Source of the DNA: an uncultured Candidatus Binatia bacterium
Lineage (GTDB): Bacteria; Desulfobacterota; Binatia; HRBIN30
NCBI GenBank assembly: GCA_964524885.1
Contig: CAZGEJ010000016.1
Location: 28,629-92,628 of the forward strand
Length of the DNA: 64,000 nt
Reading direction: 5' to 3'
Below the pieces are notes generated by a model. The model did not search any database and was not told the DNA's origin. It worked only from the letters and a program-made list of their open reading frames with translations. Below, piece by piece: positions 29,337-40,000 of the stretch. A program made the translations under genes and the position numbers. Each line of letters begins with the position of its first letter. Within the stretch, counting starts at the first letter, position 1.

Positions 29337-29678
29337 CTACTTGGCCGCTTTCTTGGACTTCTTCGCCGCCTTGGGAGCGGCTTGCTTGGCGGCCTTCTTG
29401 GCCGCCTTTTTCGTTTTCGGCTGCACCGCGCCGAGCGCCTCGTGCGCCAGCTTGCCGACCTCGTCGTTGACGCGGCGGATGGTTTCGTAGATCGCGCCCA
29501 GCGAGCGGTCCTGCAGGCGCCGCGCTTCCTTCACCGGCTGTTTGAGAGCGTCGACGCTGTCGAGGATCGACAACGGCAGGTCGGCGATGATGCGGTGGAT
29601 CTCTTCGACCGTCTTCGCCCCCTGCGCCACCGCGCCGCTCACCAGATCGGCGATGTCGCGGGCATTCGTCTTGGTCAT
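29337..29678 (-). CDS. Small helical protein with a histone-H1-like (AAKK)n tail
   Basis: MTKTNARDIADLV... ending KKAAKKAAKQAAPKAAKKSKKAAK; GGGAGG RBS. Confidence 0.75.
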   Translation of the reverse strand: MTKTNARDIADLVSGAVAQGAKTVEEIHRIIADLPLSILDSVDALKQPVKEARRLQDRSLGAIYETIRRVNDEVGKLAHEALGAVQPKTKKAAKKAAKQAAPKAAKKSKKAAK

Positions 29679-29818
29679 GGTTTCCCTCCCGGGTTGCGCC
29701 CATTGTCGGGAAAGATCACCGTCGGCGATGTCGACCGGCCCCTCGCCGTCGACATCCGGAGTTTTCCCTCTCGTAGGGTGCGCCGTTCCTCTGCCGGCGT
29801 CAAATCCGGCGGCGCCGG

Positions 29819-30706
29819 TCAACGTCCGAGCACGCGGTGCAACAACTCGGGATCGTCGGTGTACATGCCATCGACGCCATCGGCGATGAGCTGCCGCATC
29901 GTCGCCTCGTCGTTGATGGTCCACGGGTGCAGCTTGAGGCCGAAGCCATGCACCTTGGCGACGAACTCGGGGGTGACCATGGCGCGCGGCGGCTGGACCA
30001 TCAGGGCCGGCGGCACGTAGGGCGGCGTCATGCCAGGCTCCGCCACGCCGAGGGTGACGAGTTCCTGGCTGGTGAAGGCGGTCAGCATTTGCGGCTGCAA
30101 TTCGCGCACGCGCCCGACGGGGCGGCGGTCGAACGACGCGAGCACCGTGCGGTCGACGGCGTCGTAGCGCTCGAGCAAGGCGACCACCTGATCGGCGATT
30201 TCGGGCACGACCTGCTTGATCTCGATGGCCAACGGCACGTTCGGAAAGGCCGCCAGCGCTTCCTCCAGTGTCGGGATCGTCAAGCCACGCCCGCGCCACG
30301 GATAGGTGGCGCCACCGTCGCGTGTCCAGCGATAGCCGGCGTCGAGCGCCTTGATCTGGGCCAGCGTCATGTCGCGCACGGTACCGGTTCCGTCGGTGGT
30401 GCGGTCGACCGTGGCGTCGTGCAATATGACGACGACGCCGTCGCTGGTGGCGTGGACGTCGAACTCGATGACGTCGGCACCGACGCGCAGGGCGTTTTCG
30501 TAGGCGACCAACGTATGTTCGGGGGCGAGGCGGCCACCGCCGCGGTGGGCGATGTTGACGAAGCGGTCGCCGGTGAGCACCGAGGCGGGATCGACGCCGC
30601 CACCGCCGTCGTCATCGCCGCAACCGGCGAGAGCGACGACGAGCGCCAGCAGCAAGGGCACCGTCCAACGTGGCCGGCGACGACAGGGTTCAGCTTTCGA
30701 CGACAT
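29819..30706 (-). CDS. Glycerophosphodiester phosphodiesterase (lipoprotein)
   Basis: LAGC lipobox; IAHRGG, EFDVH, HD, IEIK, WTIN and DGMYTD motifs. Confidence 0.9.
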   Translation of the reverse strand: MSSKAEPCRRRPRWTVPLLLALVVALAGCGDDDGGGGVDPASVLTGDRFVNIAHRGGGRLAPEHTLVAYENALRVGADVIEFDVHATSDGVVVILHDATVDRTTDGTGTVRDMTLAQIKALDAGYRWTRDGGATYPWRGRGLTIPTLEEALAAFPNVPLAIEIKQVVPEIADQVVALLERYDAVDRTVLASFDRRPVGRVRELQPQMLTAFTSQELVTLGVAEPGMTPPYVPPALMVQPPRAMVTPEFVAKVHGFGLKLHPWTINDEATMRQLIADGVDGMYTDDPELLHRVLGR

Positions 30707-31115
30707 GCGGGACTCCCAGCACCGACAGCGGGATGTCGCGGGCGTCGCAGTAGCGCGTCAGGCCGGCACGCGCCAAGTCGAAGGCGACGTCGATCACCAT
30801 GACGTCGTCGTCGAATCCGTCCGGCAGGAAATCCGGGATCACGTCGATGTCTTGCAGCAGGTACAACAAGGCGACGGCGACCAAGCTGACGGTATAGAGG
30901 GGGATTTGCGGGCAGGCACCGGCGACGAAGTCGCGCACCAGATCGGTGGCCAGGGTGACACGCTGCACGACGCGCTCGTGGCCGTTTTCGAACTGTGCCG
31001 CCTTGGCATGGATTTCGTGGCGGCGATCATCGAGGGTTTCGATGTCGGCGAAGGCGATGATTTCGAACTTTTCGAGGAGGTAGCTGCGAACATCGTTGCG
31101 GTTGACGACCATCAT
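30690..31115 (-). CDS. DUF1232 (YkvA) family protein
   Basis: ALLYLLQDIDVIPDFLPDGFDDD motif. Confidence 0.75.
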   Translation of the reverse strand: MMVVNRNDVRSYLLEKFEIIAFADIETLDDRRHEIHAKAAQFENGHERVVQRVTLATDLVRDFVAGACPQIPLYTVSLVAVALLYLLQDIDVIPDFLPDGFDDDVMVIDVAFDLARAGLTRYCDARDIPLSVLGVPHVVES

Positions 31116-31260
31116 GGCCGGTACAAACAACGAAGGCGGCAAGCGGTCAAGACTCGCTTGGCTGCGTGCTTGCGCCACGGTCGCGCCGAGATTGGCTCAT
31201 TTGAGCCACACCGCCAGCCGATTGTCGCGATCGGCGCGCGCGCGGCGTCTCGCCGTCCCC

Positions 31261-31276
31261 TGGCACGCGCGATGCT
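31261..31276 (+). promoter_or_regulatory. Sigma54-type -24/-12 promoter
   Basis: TGGCAC-GCGCG-ATGCT versus consensus TGGCAC-N5-TTGCW. Confidence 0.6.
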
Positions 31277-31338
31277 TTCTCGTGTGAGGGCGGCGGAACG
31301 GCCGTCGTGGGAACCACGCAAAGGGGAGGACACTGGGT

Positions 31339-31497
31339 ATGGACGCAAGCAAGAAACCTTCGATGGCCTGGTTGGTGGCGGCGACCGCCGTGACCGTGAT
31401 CGGACTGTTGCTGCAAGCCGAGTTCTGGTCGTACCCGACGCCGCGGCCGCCGGAGGCGGTGCGCCTCGCCAACACATGGAGCCAGATGCCGCGCTGA
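31339..31497 (+). CDS. 52-aa single-TM small protein (absent from the ORF track)
   Basis: GGGGAGG RBS, ATG 31339, MDASKKPSMAWLVAATAVTVIGLLLQAEFWSYPTPRPPEAVRLANTWSQMPR, TGA at 31495. Confidence 0.6.
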   Translation: MDASKKPSMAWLVAATAVTVIGLLLQAEFWSYPTPRPPEAVRLANTWSQMPR

Positions 31498-31657
31498 GCC
31501 GCGGCGGCACCCCCCAGGTTCAGGACTGCTCCGGCGCTCCGGCGAGCACGTCGATGAAGGGATGCCCACCCTGGGGCATGGTCGCGGCGATCCTCCGAAT
31601 ATGGGAGGACCGTCGCAGCTTGACACTCCCGTGTGACCGCGACAACGTCGCGATCGC

Positions 31658-32443
31658 ATGCAGGAGATCATCACCTACGTTGCGAGACCGACAGCAACCC
31701 TACTGGGTTTGGCAGCAGGCTTTCAGTGCCTCGCCTGGTTCCTGCGCCGGCCCTGGTCCCCCAGGAGAGCGGGAACCCTGAGCGACGTCGCTTTCTTCTA
31801 CCTTCACTCTTTCTTCTCCAACGCCGCTTTGCTCATCGCCGTCGTTGCCCTCGTGCGACTTGGGCTACAGCCGCCCGACGCTCTTCGCGACGGATTGCAG
31901 CGCCTTCCCGTCGTAGCGCACGCGATCATCGCTTTCGTCTTGTCGGAAGTCGTCGTGTACTGGATCCATCGCGGTCTGCATCGCCTGCCCATGTGGCATG
32001 TTCATGCGGTGCATCACAGCTCGCCCACTCTGGATTGGCTGAGCACGTACCGCATGCACCCGTTCGAGGTGATGGCGTATGCGCTGGTCCTTCCGATGCT
32101 CCCTTGGCTCGGCATTTCATCCACCGCGTGCCTGTGGGTCGGCATGCTGCGCATCGTGCACAGCCCCCTCGTCCACGCCGACGTGCCTTGGACGTTCGGC
32201 CCCCTGCGCTTCGTGATCGCCAGTCCCGTATTCCACCGTTGGCACCACGAAACCGCGGCAGAGGCACAGGGCAAGAACTTCGCGTCTGCCTTGGCGCTAT
32301 GCGACGTTGTCTTTGGCACCTACTACTGCCCGAGGGGTATCGAGCCGCGCAGCTTCGGCGTACCCGACCCTGTTCCCGAGGGTGTCATCCGCCAACTGGC
32401 GTATCCACTACGCCGCGGCCTCTCGGCCCAGAGCAACGGCTAA
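31658..32443 (+). CDS. Sterol desaturase / fatty acid hydroxylase family protein
   Basis: His boxes YWIHRGLH, HAVHHS, HSPLVH and HRWHH. Confidence 0.9.
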   Translation: MQEIITYVARPTATLLGLAAGFQCLAWFLRRPWSPRRAGTLSDVAFFYLHSFFSNAALLIAVVALVRLGLQPPDALRDGLQRLPVVAHAIIAFVLSEVVVYWIHRGLHRLPMWHVHAVHHSSPTLDWLSTYRMHPFEVMAYALVLPMLPWLGISSTACLWVGMLRIVHSPLVHADVPWTFGPLRFVIASPVFHRWHHETAAEAQGKNFASALALCDVVFGTYYCPRGIEPRSFGVPDPVPEGVIRQLAYPLRRGLSAQSNG

Positions 32444-33075
32444 AGCGCCTCTTCTTCGATGCGGCGGCGGGTCGCCTCCAGGCGCGCCATGCCGCCCAGA
32501 TGCTCGAGAACGATCCGCCAGCTCGTCGTCGCCGGCGATTCGGCAAAGATCGAAAGTTCGATGTGCACTCCCTTGCCGTGGAACACGCTGTAGAGCGAAT
32601 TGCGCTCGGCGAGCAGTCCGAGGGCACCCCGGTCCCCGCTCCATTTCTCGTCCATCTTCTCGTGCCTCTCGCCCTTGCCGTGCTTCTTTTCGAGAAGCGC
32701 TTCGAGTTCGGCATAACGCGCGCGAACGCGGGACAGGTCACGATCCCTGACGAACCCACCGCCAACGGCAGTGATGCGGATCAATCGTTCGTCGTAACCG
32801 AAGGAAAGTACGGCGTAGGCCTGATCCGGCAGAGCACGCGGCAAGTCATGGACGACGTACGAATCGCCATACCGACTCGCCGTCGGATTGCCGAGGGCGA
32901 TGCCGAGATCGGCTACGTCCCTGGGCGACATCAGCCAAGTCAATCCGAAACTGGCCTCACCGACGGCTTCGACCGGTGACGGAACGGGCACCGTCGACGG
33001 CAGCGCGGCGGGCGATTGCCCGAGGGCGGGGTGACTCGCACCGATCAGCAGAACGACAATCCAGGCAATGGCCAT
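32440..33075 (-). CDS. Secreted hypothetical protein, last gene of the Tad-linked run
   Basis: Signal peptide; starts 13 bp after the upstream stop. Confidence 0.6.
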   Translation of the reverse strand: MAIAWIVVLLIGASHPALGQSPAALPSTVPVPSPVEAVGEASFGLTWLMSPRDVADLGIALGNPTASRYGDSYVVHDLPRALPDQAYAVLSFGYDERLIRITAVGGGFVRDRDLSRVRARYAELEALLEKKHGKGERHEKMDEKWSGDRGALGLLAERNSLYSVFHGKGVHIELSIFAESPATTSWRIVLEHLGGMARLEATRRRIEEEAL

Positions 33076-33088
33076 CGCGGCAACAAGT

Positions 33089-34060
33089 TCAGTAGACGTA
33101 GGGAAGGAAGCGCCAACGCACGCGACTGACGTATTCGTCGTAGGCGGGATCCTTGCGAAGCAATCGCTCCTCGACGATGGCCCTGCCCTGCAAAGCGACG
33201 ATCGAGCTGGCGACGAGGATCACGTTGTAGGCGCTGGGGTGAACCAGGGCATAGCCGACGTAACCGACCATGTAGCCCGCGTACATCGGATGCCGCACGA
33301 CGCCATGCAGGCTGCCGGTCTTGACGCCGCGATGGCTGGCAACGACCCCGATGCTGCGTCCCAGGGAAAGGGTACCCAGCAAGGCGATCGTCAGACCGAT
33401 GATCTGCAACGGCGCACCCAGCCACCCTAAATCGCTCATGGTCGCATTGGGTCGCAAGAAGAGCGGGATCGCCGTGCCACCGACACCCAGGATCCAGTCG
33501 AGGGGCCGTGTCGAGGTTTCGCGACTCGGCCGGCGGACGAGGAACAAGAACACGAGGATGCCTTCTTGGATGAGGATCGGAGCCGCCGTGAGCCATTGTG
33601 CCGGGTCCCCTTGGACGGCACGCAGGTGGCGCAGCAAGAACGACCCGAAGAATGCCGCCATGGCCAGGTTGGACACCCACGCGCCGAGCGTCTGCAACGG
33701 GTCACGCACCGCCTCTTCCGCGTGATCGATGGCGACGCGATCGCCCGGACGCAGACCACACTTGGCAATCGTGCCGACGGGCAACTCCAGGACGCTGTGC
33801 GCTTCGTTCACTTTCGGCGAGACGGTGTTCACCGGAAGAGCCTCGATGGCTTCGACGACGCGCAACTCCTCGTCGAGGAATACGACGTCGATCGCATACT
33901 TCATCAGGTACATGTGCACCTGTTTGCAGGGACGGATCCACAGCCCCTCGCCCTCGGGCAGGGATGGGGTCCCCAGCAGCCCCTTCATGCGCGTCCAGTG
34001 CGTGTGCGCCGTACGCAGCCGGGAACAAATCTCGGCCCCGCCAACTATCTGTGCGCGCAT
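33089..34060 (-). CDS. DUF192 / isoprenylcysteine carboxyl methyltransferase (ICMT/PEMT) family fusion
   Basis: N-terminal RMKGLLG..L..GEGLWIRPC..VHMY.MKYAIDVVFLD..VLELP; C-terminal TM bundle with GVVRHPMY and EERLL..Y..Y..RVRWRFLP. Confidence 0.8.
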   Translation of the reverse strand: MRAQIVGGAEICSRLRTAHTHWTRMKGLLGTPSLPEGEGLWIRPCKQVHMYLMKYAIDVVFLDEELRVVEAIEALPVNTVSPKVNEAHSVLELPVGTIAKCGLRPGDRVAIDHAEEAVRDPLQTLGAWVSNLAMAAFFGSFLLRHLRAVQGDPAQWLTAAPILIQEGILVFLFLVRRPSRETSTRPLDWILGVGGTAIPLFLRPNATMSDLGWLGAPLQIIGLTIALLGTLSLGRSIGVVASHRGVKTGSLHGVVRHPMYAGYMVGYVGYALVHPSAYNVILVASSIVALQGRAIVEERLLRKDPAYDEYVSRVRWRFLPYVY

Positions 34061-34072
34061 GCTGCGCCTCCT

Positions 34073-37000
34073 CTACGGTGTCGCCGTCGCGTCGGGAGTC
34101 GGCGTCTCGACCGGCGACTCGGTCGAGGTCGCGGTGGCCGTCGACGTCGGCAAGGCCGTCGGCGTCGGCTCCGGCGTCGCCGTATCCGTGACCGTGGGCG
34201 TCGCCGAAGGCGGTGGCGTGGCGGTATGGGTCGGCTCGGCGGTTGGGGTCGCCGTCAGCGTCGGCAGCGCGGTCTCCGTCGGAGTCGGCGTACCACCACG
34301 TTGCCGCGGCACCACCCGCGCCCGCGCCGCGATGACGTTGACGGCATCATACGAACCGTTGGCTCCGTCGTATTGGCCGTCGCCGTCGGCATCGTAGAGG
34401 AGCTCGTCGACCCCTGCGGTGTAGCTGCCGTCGAGGTCGAGGTCGACGAAAGCGTCCCGCGGTAGATCGGAATACGGCTCACCCTCGTCACGCACCCCAT
34501 TGCGATTGAGGTCGCTGAACGGCTCGGGCCCCAGTGTCGCCAGCGTGATCGCAAACGGCGCCAACGGTGCCGCCACATCGCAGGCGAGCGCCAGGGTGGC
34601 GCCGACGCCGCCTTGCACGTCGGTCAAGTCCGACTCCGAGATGAGACCTCGGCGCCCGTCGATGAAGAAGCCGACGACCTGACCCTCGGGCGCCAGGCTG
34701 CCGCGGAAGTTACCGGCCTGGGCCGACACGTTCGCCTCGACGCCGCCAATGCAGCTTCCGGACTCGTCGACGAGTTCGACGGAAGTATCCGCGAGTTGCA
34801 AACGCGATACGCTCGTGACGTCCACCAACGGACGCGGCGCCGGCTCTTCCGCCTTGATCGGCTGGATCACCACGGCGGCGGTGACGATGCGATCGAAGTC
34901 GTAGCGGCCGTTACCCGTGCCGTCGTAGGTGCCGTCGCCGTCGGCGTCGTAGATGAGCAGATCGCCCGGGCTGAAGGCGCCGTCGTCGTCGGCATCGAGG
35001 AAGGCATCGTCCGGCAGATCGGTGAACGGCTCGCTCGGGTCGAAGCGACCGTTGCGGTTGACGTCGGTGAAGGGCTCGACGCCGCGCATCGCGGCGACGA
35101 TGGTGATCGGCTCTTCGTGGTCGACCCCTTGCGGGCAGGCGGGCCGGAAGCTCGCGCGCGCCTCGCCCTCGACACCGATGAAGGCGGAAGTGGGCATGCC
35201 GCCACGCGTCGGTTCGACGAAGAAGGACACCATGGCGAAGCCCTCGAGGGCCGCGCCGCTGGTGTCGAACGGGGTCGCCGACACGTCGGTGGTTTCGCTG
35301 GTGATGCAGGCGCCGTTCTCATCGAACATCGCCAGGCGTTGCGGCTCCGCAGTGATCGCAATCTGCGCCACCGGTAGCGGACCGAGGTCGAGGGGATCGG
35401 CTGCCGGGCCACGATCGCCGGCGATCCACGGGAACAGCAGCAGCGTCTCGGCCACCACGATGTCGGCATCGTAGACGCCGTTGCTACCGGGGTCATAGGC
35501 GCCGTTGCCGTTGGCGTCGTGGATCAAGTAATCGCCGCGTTGCGGTTCGTAGACGCCGTCGTTGTCACTGTCGAGGAAAACCTCGCTCGGATAGTCGACG
35601 AATGGCTCTCCGAGGTCATGGCGCCGGTTGTTGTTGAGGTCGGCGAACGGCTCGCTACCGCGCGCCGCGGCGACGACGGTGATCGGCTGGGTCGCCGGCT
35701 CCGTGAACGCATTGCCGGCCGGGCAAAGGGAGTGCAATTGCGTCTGGCCATCACCCTCGGGGCCGGTCAGCACCTGCTCGACGACAACACCGCGGCCACG
35801 TTCGACGAAGATGCCGATCGCCGTCTCGGGCGGCACCGGCCGCCCCGCGAAGTCGCCTGCCAAGACGACGATGTCGCCGAGTTCATTGACGATGCAATTG
35901 CGGTTCTCGTCGAACATCTCGAAGCGCACCTCGGTTCCGGCACCGAAACTGAGGGACGACAGGCTCGTCTTCTTCGTCAGGATGTCGAACTCGGGCAAAC
36001 CGAAACGAGTCGGGATGAGCACGGCCTGGCTGCTGACGACGCGATCGTTGTCGTAACGTCCGTTCAGCATCGCGTCGTACTGGCCGTCCCCGTCCTCGTC
36101 GTAGACCAGATAGTCACCGAGATTGGGCTCGAAGACACCGTTGCGATTACCATCGAGGAAGACGTCGGGGGGCAAGTCGACGAACGCTTCGTTGGTATCG
36201 CGGCGACCGTTGCCGTTGCTGTCGGTGAAGGGTTCCCCACCGCGGGTCGCCGCGACGACGGTGATTTCGTCCATCGCGTCGGCTGGACAGAGCGAGCGCA
36301 AGGTCGAGATCGCTCGCCCGGTGGCGTCGGTGGCGGCAACAGGTCCGACCAGACCACGACCGGTTTCGGCGAAGAAAGCGATGGGGACGTCGGCGAGGGC
36401 ACGCCCGCGAGCGTCACCGGCGAGCGCAGTCAGCGACACGGGAACGTCGACCTGACAGCGCCCCGCCGCATCGAAGATCTCGTAGGCGACGTCATCGACG
36501 CCGAGTTGGAACGACATGGACGTCACGCCACGCGCTTCGCGGAAGGCATCCTCGGGCACGAGTTCGGTGCCGATCGGCTGCACCCGGAAAGTGACGCTGA
36601 GAACGGTGTTGGCGTCATAGGTGCCGTTGCCGCCGGCATCGTACAGTCCGTCACCATCGAGATCGCGAACGAGGAACTCGCCCGATTGCGGTTCGTAGAC
36701 GCCGTTGTCGTTGCCGTCGAGGAAGATCTCGTTGGGGAGATCGGTAAACGGCTCGCCGGTGTCGTAGCGTTGGTTCGAGTTGAGGTCGACGTACGGCTCA
36801 CTGCCGACGGTCACGGCGACGACGGTGATGGGCTCCTTGAAGTTGGCGGTGCACTTGTTGCGCAGAAGAACCTGCGCGCGCCCATCACCAGCGGTGTAGG
36901 ATGCGCCGGCGACGCTGCCACGGCCCTGCTCGACGTAGAAATGCACGCGCGCCGCGGGGTTGACCGGGCGGTCGCGCAGGTCCGTCACGAGGGTGGTGAG

Positions 37001-40000
37001 CACTGCGCTGGCATTCGCATCGCACGTGCCATCGGGGGAGACGGAGGTCATGGTCACATCGTCGGGTGTGGCCTCGATGGACATCGGTCGCTTGAAAGCG
37101 GGCGCAAGAGGATCACTCATGCGCTGGCCCGCGCTGTCCGTTGGAATGACGTGCGCCACGTCGGCGAGCACGACGTCGGCATCGTACACGCCGTTGCCAC
37201 CCGTCGGGCTCGGCCCCCGGTCGTACAGTCCGTTCCGGTTGGCGTCGTGGATCAAGAACTCACCGGCCAACGGCTCGAAAATGCCGTTGTCGTTTCCATC
37301 CAGGAAGATCTCGATCGGCTCGTCGAGAAACGGTTCGCCGACGTCGTAGACGCCGTTGGAGTTGAGGTCGGTGAAGGATTCCATGCCGCGCACGGCCGCG
37401 ACGACGGTGATCGGTTGATCGGCGTCGGCCGGGCAGAGGTTGTGGAACGTGGCCAATGCGAGGCCCTCGTCGTCGGTGCGCACCGATTCGGCGAGCACCG
37501 CGCGACCGCTTTCGACGAACAAGGCAATGGCAGTCTCCGGCGGCACCGGTCGGCCACGCAGGTCACCGGCGAGGACCTTGATCTGCGTCGGCGAGACATT
37601 GACCCGGCACCTGCCGTCGGCACCGAACATCACCAATTCGTACTCCCTCACTCCGACGGGCTCACTAGAGCCGGCGAACGAGGTGAAGCCGAGTCGAGAT
37701 ACCGCCGTCCGCGTCGACAGCACCCCCGCGGCGGGCATACCATTGCGGAAGGGGATCAACAGGGTCTCTGACGTGAGGATGTTGTCCGTGTCGTACACGC
37801 CGTTGCCGGCGGCATCGTACTGGCCATTCTGGTTCGCATCCCAGACGAGGAAGTCGCCGAGGGAGGGCTCGAACACACCATCGCGGTCGACATCCAGGAA
37901 GGCGTCACGTGGCAGGTCGACGAACGGCTCGCCCGCGTCGTAGACGCGGTTGCCGTTGAGATCGGTGAAGGGTTCCTTCCCGCGCACCGCCGCGACCACC
38001 GTGATCGGCTCGGCCGCATTCGGCGGGCAAGAGGCAACGATCGTTCCGGTCGCCACGCCATCGACGGTCGTCACGGCCGACTGAGAGACGACGCCGCGGC
38101 CGGGTGCGACGAAGAAGCCGACACGCACGCCGGCCAAGGCGTTGCCTTGAGAATCGCCCGCGAGGGCGACGATGTTGGCCGTGACGCCGGAACGGCAGCG
38201 TCCGAATTCGTCGAAGAGGTTCAGGCGCACGTCCTCCGCCTGCGCCGAGAAATTCAACCGGGAGACGTCGGTGGGTTCGCGCAACGGTTCGGTGGGGGGA
38301 GCCTCGGCGGAGCGAGGCACGATGACGGTCTTGCCGACGAGTACGACGCGCGCGTCGTAGGTACCGTTACTCCCGGGGTCGTACTGGCCATCGCCGTCGG
38401 CGTCGGCGATCAGGAATTCACCTAATTGCGGTTCGTAGAGGTTGTTGCCGTTGCCATCGAGGAACGCCTCGCTCGGCAGGTCGGTGAACGGCTCGCCGGC
38501 GTCCCAGCGGCCATTGCCGTTGACGTCGTCGAAGGGCTCCCTGGTGACGACGGCTGCGGCGACGTCGATCGGATTGTTGAGATCTTGCGGACACAAGGAA
38601 TGAAATTGCGCGTCGGCGCTGCCATTGGTCCCGACCAGCGCGGCCCCTTGTACGCTACCGCGCCCCGCCTCGACGAAGAAGGCCACGGGCGTTCCGGGAT
38701 TGAGCACACGACCGAGGGCGTCCGTCGGGGCGGCGGAGATCGTCGCCGTCACCGGGGAGCAGACGCCGGCCTCCGACACCACCAGGATGCTGCCGGGATC
38801 GGCAGCGACGAACAGCTGCGCCGCGCCCGTCGGCAGGCTGCCCAGGGGATCCTGAGCAGGACCACCATCCTCCTCCCTGTGCGGCACCATCACCACGGAC
38901 GCGACGATCACGTTGTCGGTGTCGTACCGTCCGTTGCCACCGTCGTCGTAGGTCTGGTTGTCATTGGTGTCGAACAGCAGGCGATCACCGACGAACGGAT
39001 CGTATCGACCGTCGCCATCGGCATCGAGGAAGGCTTCGCGCGGCAGATCGATGTACGGCTCGCCGTCGAGAACGCCATTGTCGTTGGCATCGGCGAAGGC
39101 GTCACCGTCGAGGCGACCGTTGTCGTTCCAATCGCGGAACGGCTCACCGGCATCGGGCCGTCCGTTGTTGTTCAGATCGCGATAGGGTTCGCCGCCGTCG
39201 TAGCGGAAGTTGCGGTTGCGGTCGAAGTAAGACTCGCCGCCGTCGAAACGATCGTTGGCGTTCAGATCCAGATACGGTTCCGGGCCGCGCGTCAGAGCGG
39301 TGACGGTGATCGGTTCGGCCGCGGCGGAAGAACCACAGAGCGAGCGGAAGGCGACCTGCGCGACGCCGTCGGCGTCGGTGCGGGCTTGTGCCGGGATGGT
39401 ACCTCGGCCGATCTCCGAGAAAAACGCGATCGGCGCATCGGGAGCAGCGGGACGCCCGGCGCTGTCACCGGCGACCACGACCACATCGGCGACCGCATTG
39501 ACGATACAGGCGCCGCCCTCGGTGAACATCTCGAATTCGATGTCGGTGCCGGCGCTGAAGCTCAACTGCGAGATTCCGGTGAGCGCGAAGTCGGGCGGCA
39601 GCGGTACCGGGCTGCGCGGCAGGAGCACGGCCTTGGCGGAACGAATGACGTCGGCGTCCCAGACTCCGTTGCCGTTGGGATCGAATGCGCCGTTGCCGTT
39701 CGGGTCCCACAGCAACAAGTCGCCGGCGGCCGGATCGAAGGCGCCGTCGTCGTCGCCGTCGAGGAATGCCTCGTTGGGCAGATCGGTGAACGGTTCGCCG
39801 GCGTCGAACACGCCGTTCGAGTTGAGGTCGGTGAACGGCTCGACGCCGCGCACGGCGGCGACGATGGTGATGTTTTCGTGAGCGTTGGCGGGGCAGAGCG
39901 AGCGGAAATTGACGCTGGCGCGGCCGTCCTCGTCGGTGATCGCCTGGCGCGGCAGCAATCCACGGCCGGTTTCGACGAAGAAGGTGATCGGGACATCCGC

